A DNA stretch of 64,000 nucleotides from Adineta vaga (Eukaryota; Animalia; Rotifera), in contig CP075495.1 in assembly GCA_021613535.1 (NCBI GenBank), positions 6,882,001 to 6,946,000 on the forward strand. Direction: 5' to 3'. Each line of letters starts with the position of its first letter. Positions within the stretch are counted from its first letter, which is position 1. Shown here in pieces: positions 27,531 to 40,610 of this stretch. The notes beneath the pieces are model-generated. The model saw only the letters and a program-made list of their open reading frames with translations, was not told where the DNA came from and ran no database searches. The translations under genes were made by a program, and so were the position numbers.

Positions 27531-30500
27531 ATGTCTTCCAGTGAAGAATTGATTGAATTAGTTAAAAAATTAAAACGTGAACGATCCTTTGTTGCTGCCG
27601 AACAGAAACATATTCGAGAACAGTATATTCAAGTAATATCACTCTCATTTATTCTCGTATCTTTGTAATGTAATCGATTCCTTATTTTAGCTTCTTAAAC
27701 TTGCTGAACATGTTCAACATCGTCAATGGATTACATGTCATCAACGTTACATTCTTTCATCATTAATTTATCCAAATCGTAATGATCAAAATATTCAACC
27801 GAAATCAAGTTTTCAACATATACAAAATCTTGATAATATATCATTTATTGATTCACACAAATGTTTTATTTATTTACAAGATTTACCATACTTACGATTT
27901 TTAACATATCTAAGACAACAACCGAATTTATTAGCATTATGTTTAGCATATATAGAGAAAGCCGAAGGACTATTAATTAATATTACCATACCAATATTAA
28001 TCTCAGCAATTTACAATCAATGTTTATACTATGATGATGAATTGTATATTCTAGAATTACTTCGATCATTAATTGATATACAATTAAGAAATGAATCAAA
28101 TCCAAGAATTGTTCTACAACGAGCATCATGTTCATTTAAAATTGTTTTTGATGCATTTCTAACAGCATCACAATCTTGTAAACTTTGTAAGTTAAATCCA
28201 AAGTTTCTTTTGAATGTTTACAATGATAAATTTTCTATTTAGTTCTAACAGCAATATTACATGAGCCAATTATGCAATTACTTATTGATGTAAATATTTT
28301 TTTTGTTTTCAAATTCATATGTTTAATTGAAGATATTAGTGTGCACATATTTTTTTCTTTCTTCTATTTTTAGGACGAATGTTTTTATGATATTAATCCT
28401 GATATATCATTAAATCGATTTTCTAAACAAGAACGTTTGAAAAAGTAGAAAAATCTTTATCTGAATTTGAAATAAATGAATGTTTTTTATATGTCTTTCT
28501 TCTGTAGATTCGGTCAAACAGGTACGCGAGATTATTTCGAAAAAATCCAGAAATATCGTAATGTTATTCTTACAAAATTATATACATTTACATCTACATT
28601 TGTGGAAAGTTTACGAAATGGATTGAATTTCTTTCCAACATCTTTATCATTTTTAATTTCACAAATGTTTACGATTTTATCAAAATCAAGTGAATTATCA
28701 TTAAGAGAAATACGTTGTTTATGTTGTGATATAATCATGACATTTTTTATTGGACCAGCTATATGTGAACCAGAAAAACATGGTATCATTGCTGATATAC
28801 CAATAAGTACCATAGCACGACATAATTTAAATCAAGTATGTGAAAAAGATCCAACGATGACAAAATGACAGTCACTTGTTTATTTAGATTGCTATTATAC
28901 TACAGACATTGGCAATGTCCAATGATACAGATCCGAAAACAAAAGATCTTTATAGTAAATTCAAAGAGGTAATTTAACAAAAAGAATCCAAAGCTTTTTC
29001 TTATTGATTGAAACCTTTTAAAATATTATTTTAGTCAGAATCATCTGTTTCTGTGAGTTTTATATACATATATATATATGTTGTTAATTTTCCTTAGAAA
29101 TCTCTCTATATATATAACACATATAGGAAACAACTAATTTGTTGAATTCTATTTAATCAATTTTATTTATTGCATCATACGCAAGAATTACAAACTAGAT
29201 TGATCATCTGTTATGTTAGTTGTCTGTATAACTGGCAATACGAGATCAAATAGTCAGGATTTTCTTTTATTGCAAAATAGTATCATAGAGTAAATGAACT
29301 GATCTTTTTCTACGTATGATTTCAATAATAAATTGAGAAAAAAGTATTCAACAGTCGTATTTTAGCACTAAAATCCCTATTTACACTTTTTGTTTCATTA
29401 CCTTTCTGTTATTGATATATTTGTGCACTACTTTCTGATTATTTTTATTCCTCTGAAAGAAAACCTTTGAATTTTAATTTATGTTTAGAATTGCGTATCA
29501 AGTATTTTGGATAGTTTAATTGATTCAAGTCGAAATGTGATCTATCCATTACGTTCAACAACAATATCAACGACTAATATAAATAGAACGACAATTTTAA
29601 TAACTCAAAAACAACTTCGACAATTAGTCTGTCAAATTATTATGTTCAATTTGATTAATCAGTAAATTTCCCTTTTTTTACTATAGATTGCATTTTGTCG
29701 TCGAGCATCTCCTGAAATTAATGATAATGAATCAAAACAACAATTAGAAGGATATTTAAAAGCATTATTACCTTTCGAAGAATGTCTCAAACCATCTTAT
29801 TTAGCACCAATACCAGTTATTGCAAATGTTAATGAACAACAAACCGAGCATAATCATCGACATCATCGACGACCAAATGGAACACGAGGTTGTCAAACTT
29901 TGATTAATATTTTTAGCATTAGTTTGTTTTTTAAACAGATTCACACACAGCCAAAGTTGAACGTATAGAACCGATACAATATTCTGAAGATGTTATTGTT
30001 TTTACTTTGGAATCTAGTGATAATGAATGCCCTGGCATGTTATCCGAAGAAAAAGTAACATATTTTTCGTTATCAAGAGAACTAAAAATCAAAATGATAT
30101 CCTTTGTTAGGTTTTGCAAGAAAATGAAAGAACAAAATTATTGAAAACATCAAGTGCTAACGAATTTGACCCATCAGCGACAGAAAAACGACTTCGTTTT
30201 CGTTTGAATGATAATTGTAGTGTTGGAAATATTAGTGATAATCTAGAAGGTCTAGAAGGTATCAGTGAAGGTGCAGCATCAACAGGCAATTTAAGTGTGA
30301 CATCATCTTGTGATGATTTGGATAAAGCAACGAATGAAATTGAAGCTGATCCTCTATTCGATAATGGCTCTGTTAGTGGACGAGGTACTAATACTTACAT
30401 ATCTGAAATCCTTTATCAACATATTAATTCTTGCTTTCTCTTTGTAGCGACACCGAATCTTTCTGGTCGTGATACTCCATCGTCTCATATTAGTCTCGAT

Positions 30501-33500
30501 AGTAGTGATCGACGAACAACAAGCACAAATAATGCACATTCTCATACACATGATAATACGATAAATAATCAATCTGCAACAACAAACAATATGCATAATC
30601 CTCTTATGGCATCAACACAACGTGGACCTATTTTACCGATTGTGGTACAAAAACCATTTCGTGAAGATGTCTCGGATAAATTCAATTTATTTGATTTACC
30701 ACAACAACGTCCAAATGTTGAAGCAGGTAAACATAAAACATAAATAATTATGAATTTTCCCATACGAATTATGAATTCCTAGGTGATGAGACACGTTCAA
30801 CAATATCTGATAATTGGTCAACAACAAATGCTGGAATATCAGAAATCGATGGACAAGAACAAGCAGCTGCACGATTGAATGAAATTGCTGAAGAATTACC
30901 TTTCGTTGATCATCGTCGTAGTAATGATCTTGTCTTACCTGAAGGTCATGCATTAGTAAGTTATTTTTGATTTTCAATTATCTGTTGATACTACAAACCA
31001 TAACTGAATTTATAGGCATTGAATAATAATAATAAACCAATTGATCAACAATCAGATTGTTGGAGTACAGAAGCATTTGCAAGTGATAGTGAAACACAAA
31101 GTGAAGATGGGTCAAATATTTTACGACTTGCCAGTAATTATAGTACAGCTTCAACGTTTAATATCAATGATCCTTTAGGTAGATTGATATATTGTGTTTA
31201 AAATAGAAAATATTGATTTTTATTTAGTTCCTTCTTTTACTATGGATGCTAATTCAACAATATCAATGGAAGAATTAACTAGACAACACAAACGATTGAC
31301 TATAACAACAACTTCGGTAGCAACAGCAGCAACATCAAAGTAAGATTTCTATTTATAACTTATCTCGAATTTACCGTCATTTGGTTTTATAGAGTAACCG
31401 ATCCAGTAGATATACTTCTAATGAAATCATCATTGGAAAGTCTACCATCAGTGAGTAAAACTTTCAGTATCTCCTATGAATGTTTTTATTCATTAATCTA
31501 GATATACGACAGTGGTATTCTACTTGATAGTGGACGATCTTCTCAACAAACTGCACCACCTTTAAAATCACCAACAGAATCACGTTCAGTTCATTTTCCA
31601 CTTATAGATTTCTCTAATGACACACAAAATACTAATAATAATGCGTCTACTACACCTTTTGATCAAGCATCCACTTTAGTTACAACACAAAATATTGGTT
31701 TATTCAATATGGCAACAGGAAATTCAATTATAAAACCGGTACGAAATGGATTTTGAAATGAATGATAAATTTTCAACAATAAAATATTGTTTGTTTCTTT
31801 TACAGTCAACTACAACTAAATCTAGTGAAAAACGTTCATCAAGTGCAATATCTGCCTTACGTCGTCGATTAGTTGGAAGTAATAGTAGTTCACATCGTCG
31901 AGATCGTAGTATTCCAGAAGATGATCATCCACAGACAGAAATAAATTCAGTTGAAACAGTATCTGCTGATGATATTCTCGCTAGATATTCGAATAAAGGA
32001 ACAACAAGTATCGATAGTGGATCAAAAATTACTGCAATAATCGACGAAACTCATACTGAAACAAATACAGTAAGTATTATTTTAAAGAATTTTGATTTCA
32101 TACATAATCATATCTTTGAAGGTTGATGCATTTACTGATACTATTCCTTATTATGATCCAACAAATTTGGATACATGTCGTGCATTTATTGATGCAAAAA
32201 AGAAACTACGTATTGTTCTTGCAGCAGCTGATACTGACTCCATTAATTGCCTTAATTCACCTTTAAATTTTGTTCAATATTTATCAGAATCGCAACAACA
32301 GCAACAACAGCAACAAAATGGTTCCGTATCAGTCATATTATCATCAAATCGCAAATCATCGAATAATTTAATTCTTTTTCTTCGTTCTCAACTTTATGAA
32401 GCTATTGCCTTACAAGATCGTGATTTACAAGCCCAATTATATGAAACCTTACGTTCTGTTCAACAATTTAATGAGAATGAATGTAAAGAAATAATTCGTT
32501 CAATGATTGATGATTATCGTTTGAGATCTGCTTATATTGCATATTTGGTGAAAAATAATGAGAATCTTTTAAATATTACATATCATCAAGACAGATTACT
32601 TGTACGAATACAACGGTAAGATGATAAAGAAATACTATCGAATTCATGTTTTATAAATACATTTTATTTTTAGGGATCAAGATTTATGCAAACAAAATCT
32701 AATTAATTATCTGGTTAAATTATTTCTTGATAGTAAAGAACATCTATTACATAAATTAATCGATAAATTTTCACATTTATCTATTGCCGAAGAAAAAATG
32801 CATTTAATTGAATTATTTCTCGAAGATTGTTGTCGAGAAATTACTTCTGATATCAATTGGAAAAGTAAGTCGAATTTTTCGAAAAACAAAACAAAACAAT
32901 CAATCCAAATATCTCTTTTTCTACCTTAAGCTGCTTCACCCGAACAACTTACCATGTCACAAACATCAATTGAACGTATGGTTATGGCTAAAATCTATAC
33001 TGCTGCATTATATCCAAACGGACAAATTGATGTACAGCGAGATCAGTATGGAATTTGGTTTCTTTTTACGATATTTTCAACTAGTTTTTCTTATTTTACA
33101 GAATTTTCAGTGGCCATATACGAACTCTTGCTGAACAACTTGATCCTAATCATCAAAAATTACGTATACAAAAAGTCTGTCAACGAGAATGTCCATGGCC
33201 ATCAGCTCAAGCTGAACTTCGCTTAATCAATGCCTATAAAGTAAATTTACTAAGGTTTAAATCAAATTAAGCTTTTTACTTTTGTTTATCAATAGACACC
33301 ACGAGATAAAGTTGCTTGTGTACAACGATGTATACGTATCATACAAAATTTAATTCGTTTAGCATCCAATTCAGCTGCTGGTGCTGATGATACAATTCCC
33401 ATCTTAATCTATGTTATCGTCAAAGCTAATCCACCTAATCTTCTATCAATAATGCAGTAAGTATTCTAAAAAAGAGTGTCTTCTGTTTTTTTTTCTCAAT

Positions 33501-33621
33501 GCATGTTTATTCATTATCTAGATATGTACAAGATTTATATTCATCACGTTTTACCGATGAAGAAAGTTATTATTGGACAATGTTTGTGTCGGGTGTTAAA
33601 TTCATTCATGAGATGATCTAA
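27531..33621 (+). CDS. GAPVD1: GTPase-activating protein and VPS9 domain-containing protein 1 (Gapex-5/RME-6)
   Basis: N-terminal LVKKLKRERSFV; RasGAP-like FFIGPAICEPEKHGIIADIPISTIARHNLNQIAIILQTLA; SGRDTPSS; DAKKKLRIVL; VPS9 motifs ECPWPSAQAEL, KTPRDKVACV, AGADDTIPILIYVIVKANPP, EESYYWTMF. Confidence 0.92.
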
Positions 33622-36286
33622 ATATTTAATTGGACAAAACAAAACTTTCCTATCTTTATAATCAGATATGAAGTGTTTTTTTTGTTTACCAAAAAATTCT
33701 TAATCAAGTCATTGTGTGATTCGTCTATATATAGTTTTTTTTTCTTTATGCTGTAATTTTTTTCTCGATTAAATTCAACACAAATCAACAGACATTTATA
33801 GATGTATAAGATATTCCTGTGCTTTTCCCCCCTTGGCATTCTCGTTTGCATACAACTCCGAATTAAATTCGATGATTTCATATTTTATTTTCTTCTTTTT
33901 CTGTATGATTTTTCTTCTTCTTCAACGGCACTATTTGATTGAGTTATTAACTTCTTTTTTCTTTTGCATATTAAATCAAAAGAGATATTTTATTTATGAT
34001 GACTGGTATACTTCGATATTATTATAATAACAACAAATTGTACGATGACATTTTATATCAATATCTTAACATATATCTTCGAATGATTCTAGTGAAGATA
34101 TGTCACGTAAAATATGTTTCGTATAAACAGTCATCGGCGATACTAATCTTTGATGAAAAATAACCTTCATATTGAATATATCATCTGTTTTCTTCTAGGC
34201 ATGTAGCTTTGAATATCTTCAAGTCGATGCGACTAGCTAGAGTATGGATTTTGGTTTTACTTGTTGATAGTGTTGCTGTATGAAATAGAATATCCATGTA
34301 ATATAATAAGTCTCTAGATCTATCAATTTCGCCAAGATTGACATCAGTTCTAGTAGTTGTTCTGATAAGTTATATTTGACATGAAGAATATCGATAATAA
34401 AAAAGAATAAATGATAGTGATGATTAACTAGAAAATGATTAGTTATCGTTGTATATTAGTATGCAGTTCACATAGGATGTTCATATTTTAATTGATATTA
34501 ATGATGAATCCAACTGATTATTTTTCATTTTGGAACTTGTTTCTTTTTTTGAATACATTCATTCATATGAATATTTCTGCTGTTTACTTAAAAGATTTGA
34601 TAGAATCATTAAATTAAGACATACATTTTTGAGAGTTTTATAGATATTTCGTGATATGGTTCAACAGACATTAGAATTTTTTGATTTCTTCTCAACTAAT
34701 TCAATGATTATCAGAACTCTTATGATTTTGTTTATTGAGTAATTTCCGCTGAAGGATGAGATTATATTAGTTCCTTTATTGATTTGGATGGCAACTCTTT
34801 AGGGATTATTTACTATGAATTTGAATTGTTAGAATTATTTCACAAATAAAATTATCAAAACAAAATTGCAATACGCAGTCTTATTTGCTTTCATTTATCT
34901 TCGTTTGCTTCAATTAGAAATGATTGTAACATTTAGAACAACCTATGGAACATACGATTAATCATACTAGTTAGAACACTATCGCGTCTGAACATTCCAA
35001 GATATTTTCATCTTATCAGAAAAACGAGAAAAAAGAAAGTTAATACAATACTCGTTGTTTTTTCATTCGAGCTGTTTCTATGCTATAAAAGATAAGCATC
35101 ATGCATAGCTGCTATATCTGTAAGTTTCCATGATGAATAGGAAATGTTCTATGTAGACAGAGAACGATAACTGACTCTATTATTGAGATCTAATCTCTAT
35201 TAAAACATCAATAAGACACTTAGAGCAATACGTTATCTTACATCATTAGAAAAGTGGTTGTGAATGTTTTAAATAAGACAAATTCGAAATACAGCTCGAT
35301 TATTCCACACATAAAACAAAACTATCTTTTGATTGATTGAAATTGACGTGCATAGTTATTTGAACATGCTTGAATGAACAAATAAGTACGAAATTGGTTA
35401 TTTGACTGTTGCACATTTCAGTCAATGTAGCATAATGTTATAAATAGTATTCCGATGTAAATTAACTAGTGTTTCCTTCCGTCTACTAAATTAGTTGTTA
35501 TTCTTCGGGATAAAATCTATCATATTCAAAATCTAGCAAGCATTCGAATAGTCATTTGAACAAAATATCATTGTTGCTAAAATCTAATTTTCACGCGCTC
35601 GATAGAAATAAACATCATGTCTGTAATCATATTTTTCATGGTATAACGACCTTATTGAACAAAGATTCTTCTTCTTCTTCTTCTAAGTAACATTTTGGCA
35701 TTCTAAAGAAATAATCGATAAAAAGATTTTCTCTCAACTACTCATGAAAAAAGAAATTCAAGTTTTGACTGCGAGAACATAATTGATGCTTTCATTACTC
35801 ATCTTAAGTGCACTTAACTAATATCGAAGAAACCGTTACTTGTTTTCTTTCATTTCCTTTTTTTTGTTCAAATGACTTCAATAAATAGACAGAAGACTAG
35901 ATATAGTTTTATCTATGTTTTTTTCGCAAATAAGACAAATGCTCGAGCAGAACGTCGCTCTCATATTTAAGAAGAAAGAAGGATCATAAGAAAAAATCTT
36001 TAGTTGAGCATCCATATAAACTTTCCAAACGCACGAGTAAGGTTTCGCTGAAATCGTCATAACAACTTTCTGCATATCTACTGATTGATATATGTGAATA
36101 CATACAAATCACTTCGAAATAGTCGCAGATGTCACTAAACATGACCTAACTAGATCTTCATTGGTTCATTTATTTTTCATAACTCTCGGATATATATATA
36201 TGATATGCGTGTGGTGTTTGTGTTGTGTATAATGTTCTTCTTCTTCTTCTGCATTGTGTAGCTATGTCTTTCTTTACAATGTATTG

Positions 36287-37202
36287 ATGGAGAACGAATC
36301 ATCAGTTCTTCGTCTCCGACGAAAACTTAGTGAATTATCACGTGAATATTCCAAAGAAAAACAAGTTCAACCTCGAAGTAAATCTGCAAATGGTCGATTA
36401 CCTGCTACTGATCCTAATGATAGTTTTCGTTATCGACGAATGAAAAAAAAAGTAGTCAAGAAGAAGAGAAACAATCGAATTTTTCTATGAAAATTTGTAT
36501 CATTTAGGTTGATGTTCTTCGTACACAAATTGATGCTGCTATTCAGGATGATTCTTCTATTTCTGTGAATGAAACTACGAATTTACCAAAAGACATGATT
36601 CCGACACGTGATAATCAGGAAATTTTGTCCAAAAAGAAACCAATGATGACCGATGATCAATATCTTGTGACAAGTGAACTTGTTCAAGTTCTTCATAGTA
36701 AACAAACGAGAATTGATGAATTAGAAATACGTTTAAAACAAGTTGAACATCAAGAATCTCAGTGGAAGGTAAAAATACATGATTCGATTTATTCACATGA
36801 TTATATCTTCTTATCTTCAGGTAAAATACGAACGAGAATGTAATCGTTGTGAATTATTACAAGCAAGAATAATTGCAGTTGAAAGAGAATTATTAAATCG
36901 AAAATATCAATCTAAAGTTCTCGGTCAATTACAAACAGATGTCAAACGACTTAATACTGCTTTCGATTCTTTAGAAGTAAATAAATGTTACTTTCTAGTT
37001 TCATTCAACGATTTTGATTTTCATTAGGTAGAAAATACCCAATTGAATGTTCAATTATCACTTGCACGTACAAATCATCTGTCATCTCAACTTGATAGAT
37101 TTCGACATGGTAAATTAAACAAAATTTTTCAATAATAATTTCTTTTTATCTTTATCTTTTCTTTCAGAATTAGCACATGCTTGTCATGAATCATTATGTT
37201 AG
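36287..37202 (+). CDS. Uncharacterised coiled-coil protein
   Basis: Exons ~36287-36451, 36508-36768, 36821-36977, 37028-37109, 37168-37202 join in frame; heptad-rich segments (IDELEIRLKQVE, LLQARIIAVERELL). Confidence 0.7.
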
Positions 37203-38086
37203 ATCAGATATATTCAATTATTTATGACATTCAAATTAGATTTTACCTAATTGAAATTATCTACTTCCTTAACATATCATATAAATGCCTTCGTTCATTG
37301 TTTTTTTTCTTCTTTTTTGAAATAATTTTTCCTCTTTTTTTTTATTTACATAATATTGAAATATTATTTGTTAGAATGAATAAATAGAATCTATTGGAAT
37401 AACTAAGTTCTTCTTTTTCCCAACTAAAAGATTAGTCGTAGGTAATAATTTCATTAGAAGAAGTGTTGAAATGATTTATCGAACGGAATGAAGTGATGAA
37501 ATCAAGAAAAAAAAGCATATCAACTTTGATCTTGTCAGTTGTAACATTCAAGGTAAATTTAACATTCAGAAAATTCATTAGTACTTTGATTATTAATTAC
37601 ATCTACCATTTTGTAAGAGAGAAAATAGCGTTTTGACCTACAGATCTCCGCATATATAAAACAAATAACTGTGTTTTATAGTAAACGGAGTATGTGATGA
37701 TAACAACAATGATATTTCATATATTGAGTTAGACAAGTCGAAGAATGATATCATCTATGGAGATAAATCAATAGGTTACGATCTATATGTCTAACCAGTT
37801 GTTAGTAGAAGTGATGACAAAAACTGATCTTATCTGTTTGCTAATACAAGATAAGGTTTTTGAAAAAAAAGAAATCTTATTTTTCAATTGTGCTAAAAAA
37901 ATAAAATAAAAATTGTCGTATAGATGCAGAGCATAAGATAAACTTTGCTCTGATAATATTCTACTTGTTCATGCTGACGAATTATAGTATAAGGATGACA
38001 CAGACAACAATAAAAAAACAATTCTTCAAGAACATTTTTCTGATATTTAACTAAGATATTCACATGATAAGAACAGTTAAATCTAA

Positions 38087-39767
38087 ATGGATACTGAAAC
38101 AGTATTACGTACTGCATCTGTTACTGAATCATTACCGTCGAATGATGATGCTCTGACAAGCTCAATAATACTTCGAAATGCTCGACGTTTAAAACGACTT
38201 AAACCATTAAATTTTTCATTATTACGTTGGAATCTTCTTTGGTTGTTCGTTATTCTAGTCTTTATTACATTACCTATATGGTTTCGTTTCGCATCTCAAT
38301 CGTGTCATGCGACATTTTATACTATATCTGGTGTTTTACTTTGGTTAGATCTCGTGTGGTTCCTAGCAATCATATTTACAATTAGTACATTAGTTCAATT
38401 GAAATATGGCATGTCAACGGATCATAAACAAACTTATTCAAGTGATGTACCATTGATTCATCTATTAATATTAACTATTTATAAAGATGAAATGGGTGTT
38501 GTATGTCGTACACTTGATTCATTAGCTGAACAAACTGAAGCAAAACGTATTGTACTAGTAATTGCTTGGGAATCTCGAACACCTGATCGAGAAGAACGTA
38601 CAGAATTAATACGTCAACGTTACAATGACAAATTTTTCCATATTCTATTTCCTGTTCATCCGTATGGTTTAGAAAATGAAGTTGCATCAAAAGCAGCTAA
38701 TGCTAATTGGGGTTTACGAGAAGCTGTTTATTTTATAATGAAAGATGAAGAACGAAGAAGAATAGTTGAACATGTTATGGTCACGACATGTGATGCTGAT
38801 ACATTATTTCATTCAAGATATTTCGAAGCATTGACAGCTGATTATTTACGACGAGTGAAAGAAAAAGATCCAGCTGTACATCGAACTATTTGGCAAGCAC
38901 CACTTTTTTATAATTGGAATTTAGATCAAAATTCTTTTCCTGTTCGTATTACTGGTCTTCTTCGTACATTGATGACAATGGGTTTACTTATTCCATATAA
39001 TGTTAATCCAATGTCATGTTTTTCATTTTCATTAACACTTGCTGTACGTGGAGGTTACTGGCATCCACAAATATTTATGGACGATGTTGGTTATCTTTTA
39101 ACAATGATGATAGGAACACAAAAACGTATACATATTCGTCTTTTGCCAGTTCCTGTTCGATCGGGACCTACGTCAGGTGATACATGGTTTAATGATGTGA
39201 AAGAATGGTATATTCAAGTACGACGATGGGGCATCGGTAAGAAAATTTCATTTGTCATCTATTTCTATTATATACGTATATCATTTAGGTACTGCGGATA
39301 ATTTTCATTATTTTGCTGTTAAAGTTCCTCGTTTACCCATTATAGCATCAGTCATATTCTCTATTGGTTACTTTCTCTACTATGGCGTTATACTTTGCAG
39401 TGCAAGTCTTTTTAATGTATCGTCTGGTTTTTTTCCATTAGTTTGTCCAAATTTTCGATTAGAATGGTTACCTAAACAATTCGAAGCATATCATGTACTC
39501 ATTTTAATTGGAATTCTCATTCCTCAATTACTCTATGGTGCTCTATTTATTTTGGATGCTGTTTGGTGTCGATGGACATTGAATGTAAAAGAAGATATAT
39601 TCTTTCTTCGAAATATTCTTCATTGGATTTTAACACCATTTACATTAATTGCATTAAGTCTTATTCAATTATGGTCATATATTGTTCTAGCTGCATTAGG
39701 AAAACGAGCTTGTATTCATCGAGTCGCAGGCAAAGCAACATTAGCTCAACTTGAAAGTAATCCTTAA
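38087..39767 (+). CDS. Multi-pass membrane GT2-family processive glycosyltransferase, non-metazoan type
   Basis: Single intron 39237-39288. Two N-terminal TM helices; VHP...EVASKAANANW; TTCDADT (DxD); GYWHPQIFMDD; QVRRW (QxxRW); C-terminal TM helices. Confidence 0.85.
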
Positions 39768-39878
39768 TTGTTCTTTTTACTATCCTAGTGAATTATTTGT
39801 TTTAATAAATGATGATTTTTTCGTATATTTTATTTTTAAAAAAAGTCAAAACAATCACTTGCAAATCGAACTTATAAT

Positions 39879-40610
39879 TCATGATGATCGAATATTAACA
39901 TGAAATCCATTTGCTTGCCAATGTTTATCATGTACATGTTCTTCTAATGCATGAATATCATCTATATTAGGATTTTCGGATAGTTTCTGACATTCCATAC
40001 AATAATCATAATGAACATCGGTATGTTCTGTATCCAAATGATGAAGAAATTCTCCTAAACGATATAAAATTGTTGATTCATCTTTCGTTTCAAATGGACA
40101 TGAATGGAAAAGATGTTTTCTTGAATAACTTATAACCATTTTTCTATTCGTTTTATTATCATTTTGTAAACGTGTCATTTCTTTTAAGAATTGTTCAAAT
40201 TCATGAATGTGTTCAAAAAATCGAATTTGTATATGATTTTTTAATTGTTCATTATTATTTAGCAATTGATGACATAAATCTTCATAGGCTGGTTGATAAT
40301 TAGTTATAAGAATAAAAGCATTATATTTATCATTGATTTGACCGAGTAGAAATGCGAGATTACAAGTAATACCATATTCAGATGTTGGAAAAAAGAAAAC
40401 ACCATGGTTACTGGATTCGATACGTTTCAAACGACGATTCATTTCAGGTTCATTATTCGGATAAAATAAGAAAATATCACTATTCGATGGAAAATTATCA
40501 ATAAATCTTGTTGATAAACCAAAACTATTTAAACCATTGGCACAATCAATAAGAAAAGCTAATTTGGTTGGATATTTTTGAATAAATGTCGATGGATATT
40601 GACTATTCAT
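39879..40610 (-). CDS. PIN/NYN-like domain protein with two degenerate C2H2-like zinc fingers
   Basis: Intronless ORF with first ATG at 40610. LAFLIDCAN...CNLAFLLGQI...FILITNYQPAYEDL resembles a NYN/PIN-like fold; C-terminal CPFE...FLHHLDTEH and CMEC...LEEHVHDKH. Confidence 0.55.
   Translation of the reverse strand: MNSQYPSTFIQKYPTKLAFLIDCANGLNSFGLSTRFIDNFPSNSDIFLFYPNNEPEMNRRLKRIESSNHGVFFFPTSEYGITCNLAFLLGQINDKYNAFILITNYQPAYEDLCHQLLNNNEQLKNHIQIRFFEHIHEFEQFLKEMTRLQNDNKTNRKMVISYSRKHLFHSCPFETKDESTILYRLGEFLHHLDTEHTDVHYDYCMECQKLSENPNIDDIHALEEHVHDKHWQANGFHVNIRSS

Noticed and set aside
34620-34850. Stop-interrupted hydrophobic reading frame suggesting a membrane-protein pseudogene
   Set aside because: No recognisable motif; hydrophobic translations are expected from T-rich DNA.
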